From the NCBI GenBank assembly GCA_035539215.1, contig DATLIX010000183.1, positions 1,993 through 65,992 on the forward strand: 64,000 bases of DNA. The letters are read 5' to 3'. The notes under the pieces are model-generated. The model saw nothing but the letters and a program-made list of their open reading frames with translations. It did no database searches and was not told the origin of the DNA. The DNA comes from Dongiaceae bacterium (GTDB taxonomy: Bacteria; Pseudomonadota; Alphaproteobacteria; Dongiales; Dongiaceae). The position numbers and the translations under genes were made by a program. Shown piece after piece: positions 38,488 through 48,093 of this stretch (its first letter is position 1; each line of letters starts with the position of its first letter).

Positions 38488-39756
38488 TCAGGTAAAGCGG
38501 CGCGCCGCATCGATGGTGAGGCCGAGGCCGACACTGCCGAACATGTCGCCGGTGACCGGCTTGGCATTCGGCACATGGGCCAGGATGCGTTGCCGGACGG
38601 CCGGGATGCCGGTCGAGCCGCCCGTCAGGAAGACCGACTGGACCTGCGCCAGGGCGATCCCTGCCGCCGCGGCGCAAGCATCGATGGCAGCCAGAATGCG
38701 CGAGGTATCGCCATAGACGGCGCGTTCGAGATCGTCGCGGCTGACCGGCAGGTCGACGACCGGTTCGGTCCGCAGATGGAGATGCGTTTCGGTGACGTCG
38801 GAGAGGGCGATCTTGGCCGCCTCGACTTCGCCGGCGATCTGATGCCCCTTGCGATGCGAGAGGACATTGATGAGGCGACGGATCAGTTCGGGATGATCGG
38901 CCGAATGCACGACCTGGCGCAGATAAGAGAGGTTCTGCGGCGTGTAGAGGAAGGGGATCTTGTGCCAGGTGGCGAGATCGTGAAAGAGATGCAGCGGCAT
39001 CGGCAGCTTCTTCTCGCCGATCAGCACCTTATATCCCAGTGACGGCATCGCCTGGGCGATGCTGAAGCTGCGATCGAAATCGGTACCGCCGACATGGACG
39101 CCGCTGCGGCCGAGAATGTCCCCGCTGCGGTCGGTATGGCGCGCCCGTTCCGGCGACAGGCGGGCGATGACGAAGTCGGAGGTGCCGCCGCCGAGATCGA
39201 CGATCAGCGACAGTTCTTCGCGTGCCAGCGATTGCTCGTAGGCGAGCGCGGCGGCGATCGGCTCCAGCTGGGTCTCGACATGCCGGAAGCCCTGGGCCTT
39301 GGCGATCTCGATCAATTCGGCCTCGGCCCGCCGGTCGGCCTCGTCATCCTCATCGACGAAGCGCACCGGGCGGCCGAGCACAACGCTGTCGATCTCGCCA
39401 TTGACGCCCTGCCCCGCCAGATAGCGTTGCGCCGTCGCCTTCACATGCCGCACGAACATGCCGATGATGTTGCGCATGGACACGTGCTTGCGCTGTATGA
39501 GCGTCGTCTCGTTGATGAGCTGGCTGCCGAGAACGCTCTTCAGCGAGCGAAGCAAACGGCCTTCGGCGCCCTCGATATAGGCGGTGATGGCATCGCGGCC
39601 ATAGCGGACCAGGTGTTCCTCATAGTCGAAGAACACCGCGCTGGGCAGGGTGACGGAGGATTCCTCCAAGGGACAAAGCAGTTCGCGCCCGTTGAGGCTG
39701 ATGCCGAGTGTCGAGTTAGAGGTACCGAAATCCAGTCCGCAATATTGCCGAGACAT
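38488..39756 (-). CDS. Hsp70-family protein, YegD-like
   Basis: GLDFGTSNS, GRLLRSLKS.LG, VLGRPVRF, EPIAAA, DLGGGTSDF, GGTDFD, LTGGS. No substrate-binding domain. Confidence 0.9.
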   Translation of the reverse strand: MSRQYCGLDFGTSNSTLGISLNGRELLCPLEESSVTLPSAVFFDYEEHLVRYGRDAITAYIEGAEGRLLRSLKSVLGSQLINETTLIQRKHVSMRNIIGMFVRHVKATAQRYLAGQGVNGEIDSVVLGRPVRFVDEDDEADRRAEAELIEIAKAQGFRHVETQLEPIAAALAYEQSLAREELSLIVDLGGGTSDFVIARLSPERARHTDRSGDILGRSGVHVGGTDFDRSFSIAQAMPSLGYKVLIGEKKLPMPLHLFHDLATWHKIPFLYTPQNLSYLRQVVHSADHPELIRRLINVLSHRKGHQIAGEVEAAKIALSDVTETHLHLRTEPVVDLPVSRDDLERAVYGDTSRILAAIDACAAAAGIALAQVQSVFLTGGSTGIPAVRQRILAHVPNAKPVTGDMFGSVGLGLTIDAARRFT

Positions 39757-39967
39757 GTCCCAATCCCATCCGATCCGATCTTGTCGTCGATAATCCGGCC
39801 CCGGCCGACCCGCAAACCGCGCCGGCATGCCGGCGCATGAGATCTTCAAGGACCTTCATGCCGGCAGAGCGGGCCGAGCGGATTTGCTGGAATGCGGGGC
39901 GCAGGGTTTAGCCCAGCTCCCGCCGCAACTCAAGCCCTCGATCGCTCCTCATGCCTGATATGCAGCT

Positions 39968-40507
39968 TCATCGCAGGAAGGCCTGCAGCGACATTTCCAC
40001 GACACCCGCCGATCCCAGGACCAGCAGCGGATTGAGACCGGGCCGCAGAATGAAAATCGCCGCGGCGGCCAGGGCGATGACCCAGAGCGAAACCTCTCCG
40101 GATGTCGAGCGCAGGACGGCGAAGGCGCTCGCCAGCAGGAGACCCGTGGCGATGGGCGCCAGGCCTCGCTGGCAGGCCCGGTGCCATGTGTGCCCCTGAT
40201 GCCGGTTCCAGAGCCGGGCGGCGAAGAAGGCCAGAACGGCGGCGGGCAGGAAAAGCGCCAGCGAGGCGACCACGGCGCCCGGAAGGCCGGCGACCTTCCA
40301 GCCGATCAAGGTGACGAGCAGCGAGCCGGGGCCGGGTGCCGCGCGCGAGATGGCGAAGAGATCGACGAAATCCGCCTGGCTCATCCAGCCATGGAAATCC
40401 ACCACCTGCTTGTTCATATCGGCGATCACGCTCTGCCCGCCGCCCAGCGAGATCAGCGAAAGCGGCGCGAAAACGGCGATCAGCTGCCAATAGATATTGT
40501 TGCGCAT
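39968..40507 (-). CDS. Short-chain chromate-ion transporter (CHR) subunit
   Basis: SLGGGQS and SRAAPGPGS motifs; about 5 TM segments. Confidence 0.85.
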   Translation of the reverse strand: MRNNIYWQLIAVFAPLSLISLGGGQSVIADMNKQVVDFHGWMSQADFVDLFAISRAAPGPGSLLVTLIGWKVAGLPGAVVASLALFLPAAVLAFFAARLWNRHQGHTWHRACQRGLAPIATGLLLASAFAVLRSTSGEVSLWVIALAAAAIFILRPGLNPLLVLGSAGVVEMSLQAFLR

Positions 40508-40508
40508 C

Positions 40509-41084
40509 TCAGCGCTCCCGCCAGGCAGCCCAGAGGCCGACCGGTGCGAGACAGAGCACCACCGGCAGCATCGGCCAGCGGAACACGCCGATCGCCACGA
40601 AGATCACCAGGATCATCAGCAAGGGCCAGCGGCTGCGGGCAACGGCGCGGCGCGCGGTGCGCACACCGACCGAAAAGGTAAGCCCGATCGCCGCGGCGGC
40701 CACGCCTTCCAGCAGGTCATGCACCCAGACCAGATCGCCAAAGCGATGGAAGATCGCCAGCAGGACAACGACCAGCACCATCGGCGGGAACAGCAGCGCG
40801 CCGACGGCGGCAGCACTGCCGATGCCGCCGCGCAGGCGCTGGCCGATATAGATGGAAAGGTTGATGACATTGGGACCGGGCAGGATCTGCGCCATGGTCA
40901 GGCCGCCGAGGAATTCCTCTTCGCCCAGCCAGCGATGACGATCGACCACCTCGCGATAGATCCAGGCCGACAGGCCGCCGCCGAAACTGGTGAGGCCGAT
41001 CCGCGCAAACAGCAGGATGATCTGCGACAGCGGGACAAGTGGCGCGTCGGCCACGGAATCGGCCGTCTCCTGCCGATCGGTCAC
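40509..41084 (-). CDS. Short-chain chromate-ion transporter (CHR) subunit
   Basis: TSFGGG and AQILPGPN motifs; tandem with its partner. Confidence 0.85.
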   Translation of the reverse strand: MTDRQETADSVADAPLVPLSQIILLFARIGLTSFGGGLSAWIYREVVDRHRWLGEEEFLGGLTMAQILPGPNVINLSIYIGQRLRGGIGSAAAVGALLFPPMVLVVVLLAIFHRFGDLVWVHDLLEGVAAAAIGLTFSVGVRTARRAVARSRWPLLMILVIFVAIGVFRWPMLPVVLCLAPVGLWAAWRER

Positions 41085-41174
41085 GACGCGCGTCCGGCAC
41101 GAAGCCGGGCCCCTCGCGGAAAGCGAAGAGCCCGGCCTGTCGACGTCATGGAAAGCTGTCGGGAAGAAAGACGT

Positions 41175-42695
41175 TCAGCCTTCAGCGGATTGCTCCTTTG
41201 CCACCCCCAATACCTCGCGGGGTTTCCGCTTGGCCCAGGCGGACATGATGATCGAGACGGCGGCGCAGAACAATAGCCCTGCGGCGATCGGGCTGCGCAG
41301 AAACACCGTCACGTCACCGTTCGAGATGGTCATCGCCTGGCGGAAGGATTGCTCCAGCGTATGGCCGAGGATGAGTCCGAACAGCAGGGGCGCCTTGGGA
41401 ATATCCAGCTTGCGGAAAGCGTAACCCAGCACGCCGAAACCAAGCGCCATGAAGAGGTCGAAGGTATCGTAGTTGAAGGAATAGACGCCGGCCGAGGCGA
41501 TGCCGAGGATGATGCAAAGCAGAACTCCGGGCGGCACATAGAGGATGCGCGCGAGGACGCCGACCAGCGGCAGGTTGAGGACCAGCAGCATGGCATTGCC
41601 GATATACATGCTGGCGATCAGGCCCCAGACGAGGTCGGGATGGCTGCTGAACAGCATCGGCCCCGGCTGGATTCCGTACATGATGAAGGCGCCCATGATG
41701 ACGGCGGTTGCACCCGAACCCGGAACGCCCAGGGCCAGGAGATGCACGAAAGCACCGCAGGTATCGGCATTGGTGGCGGCTTCCGGTGCCGCGACCCCTT
41801 CGATGGCGCCGTGGCCGAACTCTTCCGGATGCTTGGAGACCTTTTTCTCCAGGATATAGGAAAGCATCGCGGCGATGGTGCCGCCGAGGCCCGGTGCCGC
41901 GCCGCAGAAGAAGCCGACCGCGGAACCGCGGAAGATGGCCGGGCGCGCCCGCCGCCATTCCTCGCGGGTGAACCACAGCTTGCCCTGGACCTTCACCGTA
42001 TGCAGCGTTCCTTCCAGCGTCCCCTCCACCATGCGGCTGACCTCGGCGATGGCGAAGAGGCCGACCACCACGACGAGGAAGTTGACGCGGTCCTGCAGCT
42101 CGACCAGGCCCAGGGTGAAGCGCGGCACGCCGCTCTGCAGGTCGATGCCGACGGTCGCCAGCAGCAGGCCGAGAAAGGTCGCCAGCATGCCCTTTGCCAG
42201 CGAGTCACCGGTCAGGGCGCTGACGGTCGACAGCGCGAAGAAGATCAGGCCGAAATATTCGGTCGGCCCGAAATGGAGCGCGATCGCCGCCAGGGGCACG
42301 GCGACGAAAGCCAGCGCCGTGACGCCCATGGTGCCGGCGATGAAGGAGCTCACCGCGGCGATCGCCAGCGTCGAAGCGGCCCTGCCTTTTCGCGCCAAGG
42401 GATAGCCGTCGAGCACGGTCATCACCGCGGCGGCATCGCCCGGCGTATTGAGCAGAATGGCGGTGACCGCGCCGCCATACATGCAGCCGTAATAGATGCC
42501 GGCGAGCATCATCAGCGCCGTGGCGGGATCCATGCCGAAGGTGACGGGGATGAGAAGGGCGATGCCGGCAGAGGGACCGATGCCCGGCAGATGGCTGATC
42601 ATCGTGCCGATGAAGGTGCCGATCAGCGTATAGAGCAGATGCGACGGCTGTACCGCCACCGACAGCCCGTGGAGAATTCCGTGTAAGCTATCCAT
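41175..42695 (-). CDS. tctA: Tripartite tricarboxylate transporter permease TctA
   Basis: LPGIGP, YGGAVTAILLNTPG, FGHGAIEGVAAPEAATNA, LGVPGS. Start trimmed to 42695. Confidence 0.93.
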   Translation of the reverse strand: MDSLHGILHGLSVAVQPSHLLYTLIGTFIGTMISHLPGIGPSAGIALLIPVTFGMDPATALMMLAGIYYGCMYGGAVTAILLNTPGDAAAVMTVLDGYPLARKGRAASTLAIAAVSSFIAGTMGVTALAFVAVPLAAIALHFGPTEYFGLIFFALSTVSALTGDSLAKGMLATFLGLLLATVGIDLQSGVPRFTLGLVELQDRVNFLVVVVGLFAIAEVSRMVEGTLEGTLHTVKVQGKLWFTREEWRRARPAIFRGSAVGFFCGAAPGLGGTIAAMLSYILEKKVSKHPEEFGHGAIEGVAAPEAATNADTCGAFVHLLALGVPGSGATAVIMGAFIMYGIQPGPMLFSSHPDLVWGLIASMYIGNAMLLVLNLPLVGVLARILYVPPGVLLCIILGIASAGVYSFNYDTFDLFMALGFGVLGYAFRKLDIPKAPLLFGLILGHTLEQSFRQAMTISNGDVTVFLRSPIAAGLLFCAAVSIIMSAWAKRKPREVLGVAKEQSAEG

Positions 42696-42705
42696 GGTCG
42701 CTCTC

Positions 42706-43182
42706 CTATATCGGCAGCAGGCCGGTCGGCAGCGGCACGCCGAGGGCCTGAGAGAACAGCAGATCGACAAAGGCGGTGAAGCCGATGGCGATGGCGATAT
42801 TGGCGCGGTAATGGCCGCGATGGAAAAAACTCAGCAGCCCGAAGAGGAAGATCAGGGTGGCGATGATATAGCCGAGATATTCGAAGACGCTGTAATAGAG
42901 GGCCGCCCATACGACCATGGCGCAGAGAATGCCGAGCCGCTTGAAGTCCACCGGCTGCCGCGCGCTGGCAACGGAATGCGCGGCCCGATGCTTCTGCCTG
43001 GCTTCATAGAGGAGCAGCAGCGCCGATATCAGCAGCCCGCCGCCCACCAGAGCGGGAAAGGCCTTTGGCCCCAAGGGATCGCCGATCCGCATCAGCGGCA
43101 ACGAGGCATCGGCATAGAGATAAATGAGCGCACCTGCGATGACACAGATCGCAAGCACCACATCCGGCATGGCTGCTTTCAT
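42706..43182 (-). CDS. tctB: Tripartite tricarboxylate transporter TctB
   Basis: DPLGPKAFP, LGYIIAT, LGVPLPTG. Confidence 0.88.
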   Translation of the reverse strand: MKAAMPDVVLAICVIAGALIYLYADASLPLMRIGDPLGPKAFPALVGGGLLISALLLLYEARQKHRAAHSVASARQPVDFKRLGILCAMVVWAALYYSVFEYLGYIIATLIFLFGLLSFFHRGHYRANIAIAIGFTAFVDLLFSQALGVPLPTGLLPI

Positions 43183-43366
43183 GATTCCTCCCCGACGTCG
43201 GGTTCGCAGGGAACCCGATCAGGCTCAATCCTGGACGTTGGCCGTCCTTATTCTGAGCTTGGCGGCAAGCGTGCGCTGGCACGCGGAGCGGCGGCCGGCA
43301 TTCGGAAACGATGCGTTCCGCGAAAGAAATGCCGGCCGCGCTGTTACGATATGGTGCGGATACGCG

Positions 43367-43747
43367 TTACTTCGTCGCGTAACGGTCTTCCTTCACGACT
43401 TCGGCCAGAGTTCCGTCCGGCGCCCGGAATTTCAGGGCACCCTTGCCGAGATGCGGGAATACCTCGCCGCCATAGGCGCGGATCTTTTCCGCCGCGACAT
43501 CCTGGTCATCGACGGAGATGCCCCAGTGATGAATGCGCGGACCCGGCCCCGCGAGTTGCGCCTCTTCCGAGTTCTCGTCGTCATAGACCATCAGGGCGAT
43601 ATCGACATGCCCATCGGTCAGATGCCGCGAGATATGACCGCGGCTGCGGCCGGTCTTGGTTTCCTTGAAACCGAAGACCTCGGTATAGAACTTTGTCGCC
43701 TCTTCGAGATTGGTGACTTTCAGGGCGATGTGGACGACGCGTGACAT
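43367..43747 (-). CDS. VOC (glyoxalase/bleomycin-resistance/dioxygenase) family protein
   Basis: HIALKV, FYTEVFG, HHWGISV, APDGTLAEV (His/His/Glu metal ligands). GGAGG RBS before ATG 43747. Confidence 0.85.
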   Translation of the reverse strand: MSRVVHIALKVTNLEEATKFYTEVFGFKETKTGRSRGHISRHLTDGHVDIALMVYDDENSEEAQLAGPGPRIHHWGISVDDQDVAAEKIRAYGGEVFPHLGKGALKFRAPDGTLAEVVKEDRYATK

Positions 43748-43779
43748 AGTGACCTCCAGTCGGTAGTTAGCGTCCAAAT

Positions 43780-44781
43780 TCAATTCTGCTTGGCAAGGCC
43801 AAGATCGGTCAGCAAGGCCGTCAGCTGGGTTTGCTGGGAGTCCAGAAACGCCTTGAGATCCTTGCTGTTCTTGTAGTCGACAGACCACATGTTGGTTTGC
43901 GCAGCCTTGATCCATTCCGGGGACTGGATCGCTTTGGCGAGGATGTCATCCCACCAGGCGATCTCCTCCGGGGTCATGCCTTTCGGCCCGACGAGCACAC
44001 GCCAGGTCGAGAACTCGACATCGACCCCCTGCTCCCTCCAGGTCGGAACATCGGCGAGCGGGCCCTTTTCGCGCTGGGCGGCCGGCACCGCGATCATGCG
44101 CAGCTTGCCGCCCTGGCTGGGTCCGATCACCACCGGCGCCGGCGTGGCGGAGACGGTGATATGTCCGCCCATCAGCGCGGTGGCCGCCTCGCCGCCGGAA
44201 TCGAAGAAGACGATCTTCAGCTTGGCGGGATCGAGGCCGATGGCTTTCAGGACCAGAGCCGCGGCGATGTGGCTCTGTCCACCCGGCGAACTGGAAACAC
44301 CGACGCTGACGGCGGACGGATCCTTCTTCAGCAATTCTACCAGGTCCTTGCCGTCCTTGATCGGCGAATCCGTGGGCACGGAGAAGACCACCGGCTCGGT
44401 CAGCAGCTGTGCCAGCGGCGTCACGTCATCGAGGCCGAGTTCGCTCTGCCCGGTCAGGCGGTTGGTGATCAGCGGCAGGGCCTGGACCGTGACGTAGTGG
44501 CCGTCGCCGGCATGGCTGTTGATATAGGCGATGGCGACGGTGCCGCCGCCGCCCGGCTTGTTCAGCACGGTGAACGGCTTGCCGGAAAGCTTGAGCTGCT
44601 CGACGATGCCCTGCAGGGTGCGCGCCGCGAGATCCTGGCCGCCGCCCGGCGCGCTGGGCACCACTTCCTCGATCGGCCGGCGCGGCTTCCAGTCGGCGGC
44701 CGCTGCCGTGCCGGCCTGGCCGGCGAGCAGCGCCACGCTGGTAAACAAGGCTATACTGAGGCGTCTCTTCAAGATCGACAT
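43780..44781 (-). CDS. tctC: TTT substrate-binding protein (TctC/Bug family)
   Basis: Signal peptide, PSAPGGGQDLAAR, NKPGGGG, FDSGGEA, DVPTWREQG. Start trimmed to 44781. Confidence 0.92.
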   Translation of the reverse strand: MSILKRRLSIALFTSVALLAGQAGTAAAADWKPRRPIEEVVPSAPGGGQDLAARTLQGIVEQLKLSGKPFTVLNKPGGGGTVAIAYINSHAGDGHYVTVQALPLITNRLTGQSELGLDDVTPLAQLLTEPVVFSVPTDSPIKDGKDLVELLKKDPSAVSVGVSSSPGGQSHIAAALVLKAIGLDPAKLKIVFFDSGGEAATALMGGHITVSATPAPVVIGPSQGGKLRMIAVPAAQREKGPLADVPTWREQGVDVEFSTWRVLVGPKGMTPEEIAWWDDILAKAIQSPEWIKAAQTNMWSVDYKNSKDLKAFLDSQQTQLTALLTDLGLAKQN

Positions 44782-44809
44782 GTGGTTCCTCCCCGGCTTG
44801 GTCGTTTCT

Positions 44810-45796
44810 TCAGAAATTGAAGCCGTCAAAAGTCGCGACGGCGAACAGCTCCTCCATCGGCACCGGGCCCCGAATAAGGCCGTCCGCCTCGGCATATCGA
44901 AGCAGGGCGTTAAGCTCGCCCTTGTTTTCTTCGACGCCATAGGTCCAGTAGCCGTTGCCCATCAGGGCCTTGACCCGGCCGACTTCCTCGACAATCCACG
45001 GATGGGTCACGCGCAGCGTATCGAGTATGTCCAACTCGCTGATCGCCAGGGCGCGCGCCTTGAGGAAGGCGGTATAGACATTGACCGGCAGCCAGGGATG
45101 CCTTTCCGCTAGCTCGCGGCGGATGCCCATGAGATGCATGATGGGAAAGAGGCGCGTGGTTTGGAAATAGTCTTCCTCTGCGGCGCGGTAATCGGCGAAG
45201 AGGCGGCGCACGACACCGTCCGGCGCGAAGCACGAGGGTGCGCGCGGCGCGATCAGCGCATCGATCTCGCCCGCCAGCAGCAGGCCCGACAGCGTTTGCG
45301 CCTGGCCGATCGCCTCAACCTTGATATCGCGCGGCAGATCGAGCGGCATGCGCGACGTGCGGCCCGGTTGTTCGAGACCGCCCGTCAGCCAATGGATATC
45401 CTGGCGCCGCACGCCGTATTGTTCCGCCAGCAGGCCGCGCACCCAGACGCCGGCCGTCTGCTGGAAATCAGGCACGCCGACGCGGCGGCCGCGCAATGCC
45501 TCGGGCGAGTCGATATCGCGATCGGCACGCACATAGATGGCGGAATGCCGGAACGAGCGCGAGACGAAAGCGGGCAGGCCGATATAGCGCCCCTGGCCGC
45601 GAGCAGTAGTCAGCAGATGGGTGCTGAAAGACAGTTCCGAGATATCGAATTCCTGATGCCGGAAGGCACGCTGGAAAATCTCCTCCGCCGGCGCCGTGAT
45701 CAGGTTGACCCGGCAACCTTCGATCGTCACGCGGCCATCAAACAGGGCGCGGGTGCGATCGGTGTTCTGGCAGGCAAGGGAGAGTTCCAAGGTCAT
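44810..45796 (-). CDS. 4,5-dihydroxyphthalate decarboxylase-like protein (PBP2 fold)
   Basis: LSLAC..DRTRALFDG.V, FDISELS, SRSFRHSAIY, GVPDFQQTA.VW.RG, FPIMHL, WTYG. Start trimmed to 45796. Confidence 0.78.
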   Translation of the reverse strand: MTLELSLACQNTDRTRALFDGRVTIEGCRVNLITAPAEEIFQRAFRHQEFDISELSFSTHLLTTARGQGRYIGLPAFVSRSFRHSAIYVRADRDIDSPEALRGRRVGVPDFQQTAGVWVRGLLAEQYGVRRQDIHWLTGGLEQPGRTSRMPLDLPRDIKVEAIGQAQTLSGLLLAGEIDALIAPRAPSCFAPDGVVRRLFADYRAAEEDYFQTTRLFPIMHLMGIRRELAERHPWLPVNVYTAFLKARALAISELDILDTLRVTHPWIVEEVGRVKALMGNGYWTYGVEENKGELNALLRYAEADGLIRGPVPMEELFAVATFDGFNF

Positions 45797-46045
45797 GATG
45801 CACTCGGTTTTTGCAAGCCGCCGTCCTTCACGCCTTTCGCGGGCGCGTTGCACAGCGGAGCCATCAGGCATTGTCGGAGCGGCCGCCGATGCATCCGCAT
45901 TGGTTTGCACGGGCGACGCAACGTCTCGTCAGCCATCTTGCGGGATGGCCGGCAATCATTCTGGCAGTGGGTGATATCTTCTCCATAGCACCAGCCCGGC
46001 CGGCACTATCGAGAAACTGTACTCAATACGGCGCGGAAGACGCCG

Positions 46046-46783
46046 CTATTCAATGGCCCCGGCCAAGGCCGGTCGGCGATGAGCGGGCGTTGCTTCTTCC
46101 GCCAGATCCGATAACGCGGTCAACATGCGCTGCTTGCCGTTGCTGACATGTCGCTGGCTGACCTCATAACTGCGCAAGGCATCCTGCGCCTGCAGGGCCG
46201 CAAGAATGTCGCGATGCTCGCGGTTCGATTCCAGCAGGGCATCGCGCTGCACGAGACCATGGGTACGAAACAGGTGGAACTCCTTGACCAGGCCGCGATA
46301 GAGTTTGACCAGTCGTCCATTGCCGGTCGCCCGCACGATGTAGTCATGGAATTCGATATTGATCGGATAGAATTTGGCGAAGTCGCCGCTCTCGGCCGCC
46401 AGTTCCATCTCGGCAACGAAATGCTGCAGGTTGGAGATGTGTTCCGCCGTGATGAACGGCGCCAGCAATGACGCGGCAAGCCCGGTCAGGCCCGCCCGCA
46501 GATCATAGACCTCGATCGCATCGGCCTTGCTCAAGCGCTTGATGAAAACGCCGCGATTGGGAATGAGCTGCACGAAACCAAGTTCCGCGAGCGCCCGGCA
46601 GGCTTCCCGTACCGGCCCGCGGCTGACCGACAGCTTATCGGCGACGGCTTTTTCGTTCAGCCTTTCGCCGGGCGGCAGTTCGCCGCTGAGGATCATTTTT
46701 TCGATCTCGTGCTGCACCACGCCGGTAAGCGAATGCTCCCGCAAGGCGGCCACGGTCGGCATGATTTTGTCATCGCGTTCCAT
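46046..46783 (-). CDS. GntR-family (FCD) transcriptional regulator
   Basis: RLNEKAVADKLSVSRGPVREACRAL; paralog of 37675-38340. Confidence 0.92.
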   Translation of the reverse strand: MERDDKIMPTVAALREHSLTGVVQHEIEKMILSGELPPGERLNEKAVADKLSVSRGPVREACRALAELGFVQLIPNRGVFIKRLSKADAIEVYDLRAGLTGLAASLLAPFITAEHISNLQHFVAEMELAAESGDFAKFYPINIEFHDYIVRATGNGRLVKLYRGLVKEFHLFRTHGLVQRDALLESNREHRDILAALQAQDALRSYEVSQRHVSNGKQRMLTALSDLAEEATPAHRRPALAGAIE

Positions 46784-46810
46784 TTGTGAACATTCTTATG
46801 TCTTCAGTTT

Positions 46811-46822
46811 ATTGTCAACAAT
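46811..46822. promoter_or_regulatory. GntR operator palindrome ATTGT-CA-ACAAT containing TTGACA on the minus strand
   Basis: Same TGTCAACA core as 38367-38380, 28 bp upstream of the second GntR start. Confidence 0.62.
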
Positions 46823-47214
46823 TTTATTAACGGAAAATGAAAATCATTTCAACTCACTGTTTTATTTGTGTTATTTTTCATTCGCGAGAATACCCCCCGC
46901 CAACTCGCCGCATAACGCTTCCACCGCCCGCAGGCCCACCCTCCGCTCCTCGCCACAGCGACGTGCCCGGCTTCTCATCACCCCCATCCGCAAAGCCTCA
47001 CGTAGCCAAGAGGCGGCGCCGGGATGGCAACAGGCCCACGATGACGCCTACCACGCGGGACACACCGTCCACCGGCGCAACGAAGCACACAACGGACAAC
47101 GCAGTTTTGCAAAGCTTGCCGGGGTTCCGCCGGCGAGGCTAGTTATCAAGAAAGCGCTTCCGTCAGCCAAACGGATGGCCTCAACATGCGACAGGCGAAT
47201 AGAAGGTATCAGTG

Positions 47215-48009
47215 ATGGGATTGTCGGCGGCGCAACGGAAGCGATCCCAATCGGAAAGCGACCCCCAATTCATGCAGTCGCTGGCGCGCGGCCTGCAGGT
47301 TCTCGAGGCCTTCACCGGTCTGCCGCCGAGCGTGACAATTCCCCAATTGGCGAAGGAAACGGGTCTCGCCCGCGCCGTCGTGACCCGCTGCCTGCACACC
47401 TTGGTGGCGCTGGGCTATGTCGAAGAGCATGAGCGCCACTATTCGATCTGCCCGCATGTGTTGCGCCTGGCCGGCGCCTATCTCTCTGCGCGCTCCCTGC
47501 CGATATTGGCGCAGCCCCTGCTGGAGGACCTGCGGGATTCGCTGGGCGAGTCCTGCTCGCTGGGCGTGCTCGACGGCGACGAGATCGTCTATGTCGCGCG
47601 CGCCTCGACAACCCGCATCATGGCGGTGTCGCTGCATGTCGGCAGCCGGCTGCCGGCCTATTGCACCTCGATGGGGCGTATCCTGCTGGCGGCGCTGCCG
47701 CCCGACAAGCTGCAGGCAGCGCTGGACCGCGTGACGCCGATACAGCGCACACCGCACAGCATCACCGATCGGGCCGAGTTGCAGCAGGCGATCATGGCCG
47801 TCGCCAATCAGGGCTATGCGGTGGTCGACCAGGAATTGGAACTGGGCCTGCGATCGGTCGCCGTCCCGGTCCGCGACCGCAATGGCCGCGTGGTGGCGGC
47901 CCTCAATCTCGGGACCAATGCCATGCGCCTCTCCGTCAAGGACCTGAAGGCGCGCGTCCTGCCGGAGCTGCGCGCCGTGGCGGAGAACCTGCAGCGCCTG
48001 GCCGGCTAG
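47215..48009 (+). CDS. pcaR: IclR-family regulator, PcaR-like
   Basis: FMQSLARGLQVL, GSRLPAYCTSMGR, DQELELGLRSVAVPV. Adjacent to pcaIJF. Confidence 0.85.
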   Translation: MGLSAAQRKRSQSESDPQFMQSLARGLQVLEAFTGLPPSVTIPQLAKETGLARAVVTRCLHTLVALGYVEEHERHYSICPHVLRLAGAYLSARSLPILAQPLLEDLRDSLGESCSLGVLDGDEIVYVARASTTRIMAVSLHVGSRLPAYCTSMGRILLAALPPDKLQAALDRVTPIQRTPHSITDRAELQQAIMAVANQGYAVVDQELELGLRSVAVPVRDRNGRVVAALNLGTNAMRLSVKDLKARVLPELRAVAENLQRLAG

Positions 48010-48017
48010 AGCGGGAT

Positions 48018-48055
48018 CGTTTCAGGCGGAAGCCTGCAGGCTTCCGCCTGAAACG
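48018..48055. repeat. Perfect 38-bp palindrome in the convergent pcaR/pcaF gap
   Basis: CGTTTCAGGCGGAAGCCTGCAGGCTTCCGCCTGAAACG equals its own reverse complement. Confidence 0.85.
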
Positions 48056-48093
48056 TGAATCGCCCTCGATCTTATTGAAGAGAGGTGGATTGA

